Below, piece by piece: positions 10,635 to 21,409 of a stretch of DNA of 64,000 bases. The stretch is from a phage. The stretch is from assembly GCA_021469345.1 (NCBI GenBank), contig GCA_021469345.1_3049.1; one strand, given 5' to 3'. Within the stretch, counting starts at the first letter, position 1; each line of letters opens with the position of its first letter. Below the pieces are notes generated by a model that had not been told where the DNA came from, made no database searches, and was given only the letters and a program-made list of their open reading frames with translations. The translations under genes were made by a program, and so were the position numbers.

Positions 10635-12094
10635 TTCTTAAAATTCTGAACGAAATAGCATCTATTGGTTCAACTAAGCAGAAGCAAGCAATTCTTGAAA
10701 AGAATAAAGATAATGAATTGCTTAAACGAGTATATCGTCTGACTTATTCTCGTGGGTTGCAGTATTATATTAAGAAATGGCCTAAACCTGGTATTGCTAC
10801 CCAGAGTTTTGGAATGTTGACTCTTACCGATATGCTTGACTTCATTGAATTCACATTAGCTACTCGGAAATTGACTGGAAATGCAGCAATTGAGGAATTA
10901 ACTGGATATATCACTGATGGTAAAAAAGATGATGTTGAAGTTTTGCGTCGGGTGATGATGCGAGACCTTGAATGTGGTGCTTCAGTATCTATTGCAAACA
11001 AAGTTTGGCCAGGTTTAATTCCTGAACAACCTCAAATGCTTGCAAGTTCTTATGATGAAAAAGGCATTAATAAGAATATCAAATTTCCAGCTTTTGCCCA
11101 GTTAAAAGCTGATGGAGCTCGGTGCTTTGCCGAAGTCAGAGGTGATGAATTAGATGATGTTCGTCTTTTATCACGAGCCGGTAATGAATATCTAGGATTA
11201 GATCTTCTTAAGGAAGAATTAATCAAAATGACCGCTGAAGCCCGCCAGATTCATCCAGAAGGCGTGTTAATTGATGGCGAATTGGTATACCATGAGCAAG
11301 TTAAAAAGGAACCAGAAGGCCTAGATTTTCTTTTTGATGCTCATCCTGAAAACAGTAAAGTTAAAGACTTCACAGAAGTAGCTGAATCACGTACTGCATC
11401 TAATGGCATCGCCAATAAATCTTTAAAGGGAACCATTTCTGAAAAAGAAGCTCAATGCATGAAGTTTCAGGTCTGGGATTATGTTCCGTTGGTAGAAATA
11501 TACGGTCTTCCTGCATTTCGTTTGAAATATGATGTACGTTTTTCTAAACTAGAACAAATGACATCAGGCTATGATAAAGTAATTTTAATTGAAAACCAGG
11601 TAGTAAATAACCTAGATGAAGCTAAGGTAATTTATAAAAAGTATATTGACCAAGGTCTTGAAGGTATTATTCTCAAAAATATCGATGGATTATGGGAAAA
11701 TGCTCGTTCAAAAAATCTCTATAAATTTAAAGAAGTAATTGATGTTGATTTAAAAATTGTAGGAATTTATCCTCACCGTAAAGACCCTACTAAAGCAGGT
11801 GGATTTATTCTTGAATCAGAGTGTGGAAAAATTAAGGTAAATGCTGGTTCAGGCTTAAAAGATAAAGCCGGTGTAAAATCGCATGAACTTGACCGTACTC
11901 GCATTATGGAAAACCAAAATTATTATATTGGAAAAATTCTAGAGTGCGAATGCAACGGTTGGTTAAAATCTGATGGCCGCACTGATTACGTTAAATTATT
12001 TCTTCCGATTGCGATTCGTTTACGCGAAGATAAAACTAAAGCTAATACATTTGAGGATGTATTTGGTGATTTTCATGAGGTAACTGGTCTATGA
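10631..12094 (+). CDS. 30: ATP-dependent DNA ligase
   Basis: 487 aa; adenylation motif KADGAR; same length as T4 gp30. Confidence 0.92.
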   Translation: MILKILNEIASIGSTKQKQAILEKNKDNELLKRVYRLTYSRGLQYYIKKWPKPGIATQSFGMLTLTDMLDFIEFTLATRKLTGNAAIEELTGYITDGKKDDVEVLRRVMMRDLECGASVSIANKVWPGLIPEQPQMLASSYDEKGINKNIKFPAFAQLKADGARCFAEVRGDELDDVRLLSRAGNEYLGLDLLKEELIKMTAEARQIHPEGVLIDGELVYHEQVKKEPEGLDFLFDAHPENSKVKDFTEVAESRTASNGIANKSLKGTISEKEAQCMKFQVWDYVPLVEIYGLPAFRLKYDVRFSKLEQMTSGYDKVILIENQVVNNLDEAKVIYKKYIDQGLEGIILKNIDGLWENARSKNLYKFKEVIDVDLKIVGIYPHRKDPTKAGGFILESECGKIKVNAGSGLKDKAGVKSHELDRTRIMENQNYYIGKILECECNGWLKSDGRTDYVKLFLPIAIRLREDKTKANTFEDVFGDFHEVTGL

Positions 12095-12279
12095 AAGCTT
12101 ACTTAGAAACAATTGTCATTGCTCAAAAAGAAGGTGGAGATGTTTCTACTTCTGTATCACAAGTCATTCTCGAATTTGTAGATGCATATGCTTATAATAA
12201 ATTCACAGAAACATTTGATGCCTATGAAAAAGGTCCAAAGTTTGAAATATACCGTACTCTCTTACCACTAGATTATTAA
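12091..12279 (+). CDS. hypothetical protein
   Basis: 62-aa ORF overlapping ligase stop, followed by a terminator. Confidence 0.45.
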   Translation: MKAYLETIVIAQKEGGDVSTSVSQVILEFVDAYAYNKFTETFDAYEKGPKFEIYRTLLPLDY

Positions 12280-12300
12280 AGGCCTTCGGGCCTTTAATTT
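12278..12300 (+). terminator. rho-independent terminator
   Basis: aaaggcc-ttcg-ggccttt hairpin then aatttt. Confidence 0.65.
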
Positions 12301-12308
12301 TATAAATA
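12301..12308 (+). promoter_or_regulatory. late promoter (TATAAATA) for alt
   Basis: Exact TATAAATA about 24 bp upstream of the alt start. Confidence 0.6.
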
Positions 12309-12331
12309 GAATAAACACTAGAGAGGTTATG

Positions 12332-14380
12332 ATGGAACTTATTACAGAATTATTTGATGAAGATACTACTCTTCCGATTACAAACTTAAATCCAAAGAAG
12401 AAAATACCACAAATTTTTTCAGTTCATGTTGATGACGCAATTGAACAACCAGGCTTTCGTTTATGTACCTATACATCTGGAGGTGATACTAATCGTGATT
12501 TAAAGATGGGCGATAAAATGATGCATATTGTTCCTTTTACATTAACCGCTAAAGGTTCAATTGCTAAATTGAAAGGTCTTGGTCCAAGCCCAATTAATTA
12601 TATCAATTCGGTTTTTACTGTTGCAATGCAAACAATGCGTCAGTATAAAATTGATGCCTGCATGCTTCGTATTCTTAAGTCTAAAACCGCCGGTCAAGCT
12701 CGACAAATTCAAGTTATTGCTGATAGACTTATCCGTAGTCGTTCAGGTGGCAGATACGTCCTTCTTAAGGAACTCTGGGATTATGATAAAAAGTATGCAT
12801 ATATTCTTATACATCGCAAAAATGTATCACTAGAAGACATTCCAGGGGTTCCGGAAATTAGTACCGAGCTCTTTACTAAAGTTGAATCGAAGGTCGGTGA
12901 TGTTTATATCAATAAAGATACTGGAGCTCAAGTAACTAAAAATGAGGCAATTGCAGCATCTATTGCACAAGAAAATGATAAACGTTCTGACCAAGCTGTA
13001 ATCGTTAAAGTTAAAATTTCCCGTAGAGCAATTGCACAAAGTCAGTCATTGGAATCTTCTAGATTTGAAACACCGATGTTTCAAAAATTTGAGGCTTCAG
13101 CGGCAGAATTAAATAAACCAGCGGACGCGCCTTTAATTTCTGATTCTAATGAATTAACGGTAATTTCTACTTCAGGATTTGCACTAGAGAATGCTCTTAG
13201 CAGTGTTACAGCTGGGATGGCATTCAGAGAAGCTTCTATAATTCCTGAAGATAAAGAATCCATTATTAATGCAGAAATAAAAAATAAAGCTTTAGAAAAA
13301 TTACGAAAAGAATCTATTACTTCAATAAAAACTTTAGAAACTATTGCTTCTATCGTCGATGATACTTTAGAAAAATATAAAGGTGCTTGGTTTGAAAGAA
13401 ATATTAACAAACATTCGCATTTAAATCAAGATGCTGCAAATGAGTTAGTACAAAATTCTTGGAATGCAATAAAAACAAAGATTATTCGAAGAGAATTACG
13501 TGGATATGCTCTTACCGCTGGATGGTCATTACATCCTATAGTCGAAAATAAAGATTCATCTAAATACACACCAGCGCAAAAACGCGGAATTCGTGAATAT
13601 GTAGGTTCAGGATATGTAGACATGAATAATGCTCTTTTGGGATTATATAATCCAGATGAGCGTACAAGTATTTTAACAGCATCTGAAATAGAACAAGCCA
13701 TTGATAATTTAGATTCAGCCTTTAAAAATGGTGAACGATTACCAAAAGGTATTACTTTGTATCGTTCACAACGAATGTTACCTTCAATATATGAAGCAAT
13801 GGTAAAAAATCGAGTTTTTTATTTTAGAAACTTTGTGTCAACATCATTATATCCAAATATTTTTGGTACTTGGATGACTGATTCATCTATAGGTGTTTTA
13901 CCAGACGAAAAGCGTCTAAGTGTTTCTATTGATAAAACTGATGAAGGACTAGTAAATTCTAGCGATAATTTAGTTGGAATTGGATGGGTTATTACTGGGG
14001 CTGATAAGGTCAATGTTGTTTTACCCGGTGGAAGTTTAGCGCCTTCAAATGAAATGGAAGTCATTTTGCCACGTGGATTAATGGTCAAAGTTAATAAAAT
14101 AACCGATGCATCTTACAACGATGGAACAGTTAGAACTAACAACAAGCTTATTCAAGCTGAAGTTATGACCACAGAAGAACTCACCGAATCGGTAATCTAT
14201 GACGGAGACCATTTAATGGAAACTGGTGAATTGGTTACAATGACAGGTGATATAGAAGACAGAGTTGACTTTGCATCATTTGTTTCATCAAATGTTAAAC
14301 AGAAAGTAGAATCATCTCTTGGAATTATTGCGTCTTGCATAGATATTGCAAACATGCCTTACAAGTTCGTTCAAGGATAA
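12332..14380 (+). CDS. alt: Alt ADP-ribosyltransferase (packaged, modifies host RNA polymerase)
   Basis: 682 aa from second ATG; ART-like R / S-T-S / E-x-E elements in the C-terminal half (LYRSQ..., FVSTSLY..., MEVILPRG); same length and position as T4 Alt. Confidence 0.88.
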   Translation: MELITELFDEDTTLPITNLNPKKKIPQIFSVHVDDAIEQPGFRLCTYTSGGDTNRDLKMGDKMMHIVPFTLTAKGSIAKLKGLGPSPINYINSVFTVAMQTMRQYKIDACMLRILKSKTAGQARQIQVIADRLIRSRSGGRYVLLKELWDYDKKYAYILIHRKNVSLEDIPGVPEISTELFTKVESKVGDVYINKDTGAQVTKNEAIAASIAQENDKRSDQAVIVKVKISRRAIAQSQSLESSRFETPMFQKFEASAAELNKPADAPLISDSNELTVISTSGFALENALSSVTAGMAFREASIIPEDKESIINAEIKNKALEKLRKESITSIKTLETIASIVDDTLEKYKGAWFERNINKHSHLNQDAANELVQNSWNAIKTKIIRRELRGYALTAGWSLHPIVENKDSSKYTPAQKRGIREYVGSGYVDMNNALLGLYNPDERTSILTASEIEQAIDNLDSAFKNGERLPKGITLYRSQRMLPSIYEAMVKNRVFYFRNFVSTSLYPNIFGTWMTDSSIGVLPDEKRLSVSIDKTDEGLVNSSDNLVGIGWVITGADKVNVVLPGGSLAPSNEMEVILPRGLMVKVNKITDASYNDGTVRTNNKLIQAEVMTTEELTESVIYDGDHLMETGELVTMTGDIEDRVDFASFVSSNVKQKVESSLGIIASCIDIANMPYKFVQG

Positions 14381-14383
14381 ATC

Positions 14384-14735
14384 ATGGAACTTATTACATA
14401 ATTATTTGACGGCGCTTCGGCGCCGGTTGTTAACTTAAATCCTAAGCATAAAATACCACAAATTTTTGCTATTCAAGCCGGCGAAGAAAGCGTGCTTCCT
14501 GGATTTAGATTTTGTACATACACCTCTGGCGGTGATACAGATAAAACGTTAAACCAGGCGACAAAATGATGCATATCGTAATGATAGGTGTTAATGAGAA
14601 ACTATCATTAGTTAAGCTTAAAAACTTGGGTGGAAATCCAATTGGTGTCATTAATGCTGTTTTGATACTGCTCTTCAAACAATGAAACAGTATAAAATCG
14701 ACGCATGCCTATTACGCGTACTAAAAAGTTCAAAA
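14384..14735 (+). pseudogene. degraded 5' fragment of an alt paralogue
   Basis: Nucleotide similarity to alt 12332-12720 (atggaacttattaca..., ...aaaataccacaaatttt..., ...ggtgatac...aaaatgatgcatat..., ...aaaatcgacgcatgcct...) with a stop after codon 5, frameshifts and deletions. Confidence 0.7.
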
Positions 14736-14740
14736 TGTGG

Positions 14741-14770
14741 TTTACAAGTCCCTCGTGTTGTGTTATAGTA
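14741..14770 (+). promoter_or_regulatory. T4-type early promoter (repeat copy)
   Basis: Same sequence as the promoter at 1532; upstream of ORF 14801. Confidence 0.5.
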
Positions 14771-14794
14771 GTCTTACTGACATAACATGAGGAA
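14741..14794. repeat. 54-bp perfect direct repeat, copy 2
   Basis: Identical to 1532-1585. Confidence 0.85.
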
Positions 14795-14800
14795 CACAAA

Positions 14801-15091
14801 ATGAAATCTTCTTTACGCTTTTTAGGTCAAGAACTTGTAGTTGAAGGCGTTATTCCTGCTGATAACGCTTTTAATGAAGCAGTTTATGATGAATTTATCA
14901 AAATTTTCGGAACAGATAAAAAGTTTGGAATTTTTCCTTCTGAAAATTTTTCAAAGCCAGAACAGACTGAAAGTATTTTTCAGGGTGTAGTAACAGGTAA
15001 ATTTGAGTCAGAAGCTCCGGTAAAAATTGAAGTTTATATTGAAGACAGTTTAGTTGCTTCAGTTGCTGCTTTTATTTCATTCCGTAAATAA
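14801..15091 (+). CDS. hypothetical protein (alt.-x region)
   Basis: 96-aa ORF with ATG and SD GAGGAA supplied by the repeated leader. Confidence 0.55.
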   Translation: MKSSLRFLGQELVVEGVIPADNAFNEAVYDEFIKIFGTDKKFGIFPSENFSKPEQTESIFQGVVTGKFESEAPVKIEVYIEDSLVASVAAFISFRK

Positions 15092-15095
15092 AAAC

Positions 15096-15117
15096 ATGGG
15101 GACCGAAAGGTCCCCAT
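15096..15117. terminator. bidirectional hairpin terminator
   Basis: atggggacc-gaaa-ggtccccat between convergent ORF 14801 (+) and gene 54 (-). Confidence 0.65.
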
Positions 15118-15119
15118 TG

Positions 15120-16085
15120 TTATATTGCTCCTAATATTTTACTTTGCGAATTGACAATTCCTGTCATAGTATTAATGTTTGAAATGCTTCCTGCAGTTCC
15201 CCCTAATCTACTGAGTCGTGAAAGCGAATTAGATAGTCCAGTAACACCTCCACTATTTCCGAGAACGCTTTGAATACCATTTATAGCAGCAGATTCAAGC
15301 CATTCAAGCGCAGCTTGCCTATCAACTGCTCCAGCCTGCATCACTCTATATGCAAAAGTAACATCAAATGTAGTTATTTGGTTATCTCCATCATATGATA
15401 GCTCAGGAGCGCTCACTGATATTGGAATGCATCCGGTGAACATCACCGCAGTATGAGGCAATCCATTGCGAGAATGAAGATTAACCTGAATATCTGCCTC
15501 GACATCTTGCGGCAAAGCACGCAGTCCAGTTACTGGGTCTTGAACAGAGTTAACCCAGTCTTGCATTGCACGATAGTTACAAGCTTCTGAATCCATTCTA
15601 AATGAAATAACCAAAGGGTCTAATTCTCTCCCAGTTATACGAATATTAGGAGAATTATAGTTCCAGTCAGTTTCATAGGATAATCTATTCTCTGGCATTT
15701 TTACAGAGTATATCATCAATCCAGATGAGTTATATGCCATGTTAAAGAAGTCAATTAAATATGTACCAACTGTAAATGAGCCTAATAAACTTTGAACTGT
15801 ACGTTGACTCATGGCACCAATAAGATATTTACTAACCCCTGATTTTCTTATCAGTTTTTGTGTGCCAGCTGTAATTAGCGTGGTAATTCCCTGATTAATA
15901 TCACCTTGAGTTAATCCTAACCAATTTGAATTTAGGCCCAAGTTATTATAAGAAAAGTTGCTAATTGAACTTATCAACGAAGAGCTTTTAGTTGATGGAG
16001 TTGTTGCAAAAACGCAGCTAAACATATTATTACGTTGGAAATCTGCGTTTATTGCTTGATTATTAAATTCCTCTAAAGAATACAT
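15120..16085 (-). CDS. 54: baseplate-tail tube initiator gp54
   Basis: 321 aa; matches remembered T4 gp54; operon order 51-27-28-29-48-54. Confidence 0.88.
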   Translation of the reverse strand: MYSLEEFNNQAINADFQRNNMFSCVFATTPSTKSSSLISSISNFSYNNLGLNSNWLGLTQGDINQGITTLITAGTQKLIRKSGVSKYLIGAMSQRTVQSLLGSFTVGTYLIDFFNMAYNSSGLMIYSVKMPENRLSYETDWNYNSPNIRITGRELDPLVISFRMDSEACNYRAMQDWVNSVQDPVTGLRALPQDVEADIQVNLHSRNGLPHTAVMFTGCIPISVSAPELSYDGDNQITTFDVTFAYRVMQAGAVDRQAALEWLESAAINGIQSVLGNSGGVTGLSNSLSRLSRLGGTAGSISNINTMTGIVNSQSKILGAI

Positions 16086-17179
16086 TAAAAAGTCCCCGCA
16101 TATAAAGAAGCACGGTTTAACGTGATAATTTCTCTCATAGTAATCTCGAGAGTAAATGTACTAGGGAGGTTTGGAGCAATAGCTAATCCGTTAAAGTTAC
16201 CATTAGGTGTTTTATCAAATCTGATGCTCTGTATTTGGCATGGACCAAATATTTCCGTTTTTCCATCAAACTTAGATGTTGCACCAAAGTTTTTCACCAT
16301 CCAAACTGTCGGGTTTGAAACTACAAGAACGTTCGTTAAACTTGCTGTCATTTTCTCAAATAGTGTTTTATTTTTAGCTGCGTCTTCCGGAGATAAAGGT
16401 TCAATTAACGTAGAACGATACCAATCATCTAAATACCCCTTTATTTCAGCAGCGTATTGAGATTTACCTGTTTCACCATAAGAAAGATAGTTAAAATATT
16501 GATAGATATTAATAATAGCCATTAAATCTTCTGTTGAACGTGGAGTCAAATCCCATGTAAACACTTTAGTTCTATTTTCAGCACCACCATACATACTTCT
16601 GGCTGTCGTATAAATCTGTTCATTATTATCAGCCATTATACCTTGTGTTATACTTTCCAGTGCCCCAAATACTGCGGTTGAAGCAATATTACTTAGCACA
16701 CCGGTAGCAGTACCTCCGCCTCTACTGATAAGGCTTTCTTGAACATCATTAAATCTATGTGATGATGTGTCAACATCAGATTTAGATCTCGGTAAAAGAA
16801 TGTTTGCGACAGGAGCTTTACTTATTGTTCCTGAATTATTATTTGATATTAATCCATTTGATAGTTTTGATACTGTACTACTAATAGTGTTTCTAGCTGT
16901 ACTTAAAATACTCGAAGATGAAGAAGAGTAGTTAGATCTCATCGATCTAAGACTTCCAGAATCCCTAGATGACATATTGTATGCAGTAAATAATAATCCA
17001 TTCTTATATAGATCTGTTACCTGGAAGTCCCCTGTAGTGTCATTACCACTAGCACGCCCAGTTGGAAACTGGGCAGTGTATGTTTTAGTTACTACTTCTG
17101 ATTTAGTGCTCTGTCCGGCTGAAATTTTCTCACCGGACTTTTTAATTAAATCGGTAGTCATTTCTTTAACAATTGCCAT
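16085..17179 (-). CDS. 48: baseplate tail-tube cap gp48
   Basis: 364 aa, same length as T4 gp48; synteny. Confidence 0.88.
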   Translation of the reverse strand: MAIVKEMTTDLIKKSGEKISAGQSTKSEVVTKTYTAQFPTGRASGNDTTGDFQVTDLYKNGLLFTAYNMSSRDSGSLRSMRSNYSSSSSSILSTARNTISSTVSKLSNGLISNNNSGTISKAPVANILLPRSKSDVDTSSHRFNDVQESLISRGGGTATGVLSNIASTAVFGALESITQGIMADNNEQIYTTARSMYGGAENRTKVFTWDLTPRSTEDLMAIINIYQYFNYLSYGETGKSQYAAEIKGYLDDWYRSTLIEPLSPEDAAKNKTLFEKMTASLTNVLVVSNPTVWMVKNFGATSKFDGKTEIFGPCQIQSIRFDKTPNGNFNGLAIAPNLPSTFTLEITMREIITLNRASLYAGTF

Positions 17180-17187
17180 ATTATTCC

Positions 17188-18960
17188 TTAATTAACTCCA
17201 GTCGCATCAAATACACCAGGAGCAGTTGTGCTTGTGACAGGTGTCATATTATGAACGACAGTATTTTTCTTAATAACATTATTAGTATTATTGATTGAAG
17301 GAGATGCTTGCTGAACAGGAGCTTGCTGTGCTTTGTTCTTTTCAATAACCTGGACCTGTTTCGCTTCTGGCGATTTAGCAGAAGTTTCAGGTTTGGCATT
17401 AGGCTGATTTTTCTTGAGCTCTTGATAAGTAGCATCAATTTTAGAAAATCTAGCAGCAAGTTCTTTTTTAACTGCCGGTGAATTGTTTAAATCCGGGTCA
17501 TCCATCCGTTTTTTAAGGTCTTCATAGGCAGATTCAACAGATTTAACCGTTGAGTCTTTACTCATATCAGCTGAATCAGCATATTTTTCAAAACGAATCA
17601 TCGCGGCACGTGCTTCATTAGCCTTCATTAAAGCATTTTTTCTTTCTTCAGGTGAAAGCTGCTTTAATTTTTCTTCTTCTGCTGCACGTTCTTCGTCGGT
17701 AGTTAGTGCTTCTTTATTATCAACACCGCGAATCCAATTAGATGCACGAGTTTTCCAATTAGCAATTTTATCTAATCCTTTTGCTATCGGACCAAGGTCT
17801 CCGTTCATTCGTTTATCTTGATAATTTGCAGCTTTTTCCTGGTCTTCTTTATTGAGAGATGCTCCAGTAGAATTTTGGAAATTTTCTAGTGCTCTTCCTT
17901 CTACTTCATCAGCAGTATCTTTCATACCAGGAATAACTCGAAGAATTGCCGCAGATAATTTAGCCATACCTAATTGAATAAGCTCTCCTAAATTAAAAAG
18001 AACCTTTCCAAGCCCTTCAACAATAGCTACTGTTAATCCACCCCAATCTCCCGCTTCCCAGAACTTTTTAATTTCATCAATAGAACTAAAGATGCTCTGT
18101 AATAAAGGACCCCATGTTCCGGTTTCGCTAGAGAATTTAGTAAAGTCTGTATTAAACAAATCCCAAGCCTGTGAAAATTTATCTGACCAATATTTAAAAT
18201 GAACCATCAACAGGTCTATTCCAACAACAACAGCCAATATCATTGCAGTCATTTTAGCAGCTTCAATAGCAGCACTGACGGTATACTTAAATAGCATGCT
18301 TGATATTTTATCAGTAATTGAAATGGATTTCTTAAATCCAAAATCAACAGTCTTTGTTAATTTATCTAAAGCTTGTGATAATTTTAAGTTAAATGCTTCT
18401 TTTTTCTGTTTTTCTTCTGGTGATTCTTGCTTTGGCTCAACTGGCTGAGGGGTCGGGAAAAAATCAGCGTCAGGATCATTATTAACTGCTTCAGGAGCTG
18501 GTAATAAAGGACCCACAGATTCGGCAGTATCATCCTCAACGACTTTAACAGGAATAGCGCTTTCAACTGTAGCTAAACTAGTTCCTGTTTGTTGAATTCC
18601 AGCTGTCTGGATTTTTTGCTCTAGTAAACTTGTTAATTTATCTAATTTGCTTCCGAGTGATTCACCGATTTCTTTATTAATATTGTTGCCAATTTCGACA
18701 GTTTCAGCAATTAACTCAGAACCGGCAGTAGTATCACTCACTGCGCTTTCTACGTTATCAATTGCTTCAATTATTTCATTCGATTTTTCTTCGACAGTTT
18801 GAGCTATTAATTCAGAGGCAGCTTGAGCATCATCCAATTTCGTAGATATATCATTAAGTCCAGATAAAGTATTAGAAGCGGATTTAGCCGCTTCCTGTGT
18901 TGGTTTATTATCTGAAATAACTTTTCTACGCATCGTTTGCATTTCTTGTGGCTTTTTCAT
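17188..18960 (-). CDS. 29: tail length tape-measure protein gp29
   Basis: 590 aa, same length as T4 gp29; synteny. Confidence 0.88.
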   Translation of the reverse strand: MKKPQEMQTMRRKVISDNKPTQEAAKSASNTLSGLNDISTKLDDAQAASELIAQTVEEKSNEIIEAIDNVESAVSDTTAGSELIAETVEIGNNINKEIGESLGSKLDKLTSLLEQKIQTAGIQQTGTSLATVESAIPVKVVEDDTAESVGPLLPAPEAVNNDPDADFFPTPQPVEPKQESPEEKQKKEAFNLKLSQALDKLTKTVDFGFKKSISITDKISSMLFKYTVSAAIEAAKMTAMILAVVVGIDLLMVHFKYWSDKFSQAWDLFNTDFTKFSSETGTWGPLLQSIFSSIDEIKKFWEAGDWGGLTVAIVEGLGKVLFNLGELIQLGMAKLSAAILRVIPGMKDTADEVEGRALENFQNSTGASLNKEDQEKAANYQDKRMNGDLGPIAKGLDKIANWKTRASNWIRGVDNKEALTTDEERAAEEEKLKQLSPEERKNALMKANEARAAMIRFEKYADSADMSKDSTVKSVESAYEDLKKRMDDPDLNNSPAVKKELAARFSKIDATYQELKKNQPNAKPETSAKSPEAKQVQVIEKNKAQQAPVQQASPSINNTNNVIKKNTVVHNMTPVTSTTAPGVFDATGVN

Positions 18961-19490
18961 TCAAATAATCCAATAATATTGCCAATTCCAGTTATTGGAC
19001 CATTAGGGCCAGGAATTGCTAAAGTTGTAAAAATATCATTTGCCCATTTTAAAACGAATGCTGGCATCTCAAGAAAATTAATTTCTTTAACTTCATCGTT
19101 GACCTTAAGCAAGCATTTAGATAACATATCGCTCACCGTTAAAAATTGTTCAAATTTTCCAGGAGGTCTAAAATAAAATGTATTTCCTTGGTATTGAAAT
19201 TCTAATCTTTGGCATACATAGACATCATTAATGTCATAAGTATAGCCATCTATTTCTTTACGAGATTTAATCTTTCCATTAAATTCCAATAAATGAATAG
19301 AAACGAAATCAACTTCTGCCGGTGATAAATTCGGACAAATAGAATCAATAAGAAGTTTTAAATTTTCATCAGGACCTTTAACATCCTTTAAAATGTTATA
19401 ATGTTTAAGACCCATTTTAGGAATAGAAACTTCTTTATTGCTTATTGGAAGAACTACTTTCTTCAGTGGTAGTATCAGATTTAAATTCAT
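18957..19490 (-). CDS. 28: baseplate hub distal subunit gp28
   Basis: 177 aa; synteny. Confidence 0.85.
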   Translation of the reverse strand: MNLNLILPLKKVVLPISNKEVSIPKMGLKHYNILKDVKGPDENLKLLIDSICPNLSPAEVDFVSIHLLEFNGKIKSRKEIDGYTYDINDVYVCQRLEFQYQGNTFYFRPPGKFEQFLTVSDMLSKCLLKVNDEVKEINFLEMPAFVLKWANDIFTTLAIPGPNGPITGIGNIIGLFE

Positions 19491-20610
19491 TTTTAACCTT
19501 AACTGGGTCTATTGTTTCCAGTTTCGTTGCATTAGTGAACATATATAGATGAGTTACTGAATTATTATTGGATAATTCATGGATAACTTCATCAACGTAA
19601 AATTCTGTTTTAAATTGGTTTTTACTATCATTAAAAATAATTTTAACACCAGGAGTCAAGTTAAAATTACCGACAGTAGAACATTTAGCATAACCGTCAT
19701 ATTGTGCCATAGTTTGAAGACGAATAGCTTCTTCATATCCATTCCTATAAGTCATTTCAGAATAAGCACCTGACCTTGACACTACAATAGAGTTTTCGCC
19801 CTTTCCTGTAGTAATCATTGGCAGTGAAGAATCTAAAAATGAATGAGCATAGATAGTAGCATTTTTCATTGGGTCACGTTTGTGAGGATTCGATTTAGTC
19901 AACCAAACAAAATCATATGCTAATGGATATTTTAATTCTTGGATGAATTGACCTATTAAAGATGGCTCACCGACAATCATTGGATATGGTTCTTGATTTA
20001 TCATCATATCATAGTCCATCATGTTAACTCCCATGATGTCTTGCCACACAAATACAAATTTGTCGCTTTCTACAGCTAGAGCAACTTCTCTTACATATGA
20101 CAAATAGTTTTCAAATGTGCTAGTCCATGGAATATCAGGAACATAAGCATTTATAGCATTTATTGCTGGAGTTAATAATGTGCGATCCTGATAAATGACG
20201 CCAAGCATTTCCTTTATAGATTCACCTGCATCAGGGAAAAATGGTCTACCAAATTTAAGATTTTCTATAGAATGAATAGTTCCCAATTCAATAGCAATGA
20301 TGTTATCACCTTTTGAATCTACTGACACGGAAAAATGCTTACATCCATAAATTCGTGTTTTAACATTATTAATATCATTTGCATTAGCTACAGAAATCTG
20401 AATTATTTCATTTCCATCCATTTTTGTATGGATGTTTTTAGAATCATAAAACTGCAGCATTCCTTCATTTCGGCCATAAAGAGAATCCCGCATAGTTAAT
20501 GTAGTAATAGTAGCAGCTAATTCAACAAATCTATTATTACTCCAAGCGTCGTAGCTATCAAATAATTTAACGCTGAGATTTGGATATCCGGGGCGTTGCA
20601 ACATACTCAT
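19435..20610 (-). CDS. 27: baseplate hub subunit gp27
   Basis: 391 aa; synteny with T4. Confidence 0.88.
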   Translation of the reverse strand: MSMLQRPGYPNLSVKLFDSYDAWSNNRFVELAATITTLTMRDSLYGRNEGMLQFYDSKNIHTKMDGNEIIQISVANANDINNVKTRIYGCKHFSVSVDSKGDNIIAIELGTIHSIENLKFGRPFFPDAGESIKEMLGVIYQDRTLLTPAINAINAYVPDIPWTSTFENYLSYVREVALAVESDKFVFVWQDIMGVNMMDYDMMINQEPYPMIVGEPSLIGQFIQELKYPLAYDFVWLTKSNPHKRDPMKNATIYAHSFLDSSLPMITTGKGENSIVVSRSGAYSEMTYRNGYEEAIRLQTMAQYDGYAKCSTVGNFNLTPGVKIIFNDSKNQFKTEFYVDEVIHELSNNNSVTHLYMFTNATKLETIDPVKVKNEFKSDTTTEESSSSNKQ

Positions 20611-21359
20611 TATTGTTTATCCTTCTCAATCAGTTTTAATACGAATCCGCGCTCAGCAGGAATCATTTTCATTATTGAATTTAAGCTATAATTACTTTTT
20701 ACGAGTGTGTGATTAATTTGATAAAAAGTAAATATCTCATCTGGGTTAACTAATAGCTTAAACACGTCTACTATATCAGTGTATTTTTTAATGTACTTAT
20801 TACAGCATGACATATGTAGAGTTAAATTAATAGGATTCATTGCATCGAGAATTTTTTCTAATGTTTCTATTTCGATGGCGTCAACGAGTTCTATTTGACT
20901 GGACTCGCTAATTTCCTTCCAATCATACCAAGCTTCATCTACTTGAACAGAATGAATATTTTCAGTAATCATCTTTGCTTTATTTTCATAAAACTCAGAA
21001 GGAAACTTTAATTTAATTTTAACATTAGCTACATCAAAAACAGGTTCCTTTAATTCTTTTTGATATATTTCAAATGGAACTGTCTTTTCTTTTTTACATT
21101 TTGGACATACAAATGTGACTGGTACTTTAGTTTTACCTATTGACCCTACAAATACCTGCAAAAATATAAATGGTTGCCAAGTCTTTGGATAGTCTCCAAA
21201 ATAATCAGCAATTAAATCAGCAATTACTTCTTTTTGTTCTTGTGGTGACCGATGTTCTATATCGTTTCGAACTAACAAAAAATCTCGATAATCTTCTACC
21301 GTAAATGGTTTAAAACGATGAACACCATCTGGTAATTTACAACGAATAATGTTTGCCAT
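20610..21359 (-). CDS. 51: baseplate hub assembly catalyst gp51
   Basis: 249 aa; Cys-rich (CPKCKK...); synteny. Confidence 0.85.
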   Translation of the reverse strand: MANIIRCKLPDGVHRFKPFTVEDYRDFLLVRNDIEHRSPQEQKEVIADLIADYFGDYPKTWQPFIFLQVFVGSIGKTKVPVTFVCPKCKKEKTVPFEIYQKELKEPVFDVANVKIKLKFPSEFYENKAKMITENIHSVQVDEAWYDWKEISESSQIELVDAIEIETLEKILDAMNPINLTLHMSCCNKYIKKYTDIVDVFKLLVNPDEIFTFYQINHTLVKSNYSLNSIMKMIPAERGFVLKLIEKDKQ

Positions 21360-21376
21360 AGATGCTCCTTTTATTC

Positions 21377-21388
21377 TATTTATAAATA
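21377..21388. promoter_or_regulatory. overlapping divergent late promoters (gene 51 leftward, gene 26 rightward)
   Basis: ctatttataaata: TATTTATA (21377-21384, minus-sense TATAAATA) overlaps TATAAATA (21381-21388). Confidence 0.6.
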
Positions 21389-21409
21389 TGATAAATAAAG
21401 GAGCTAAAT

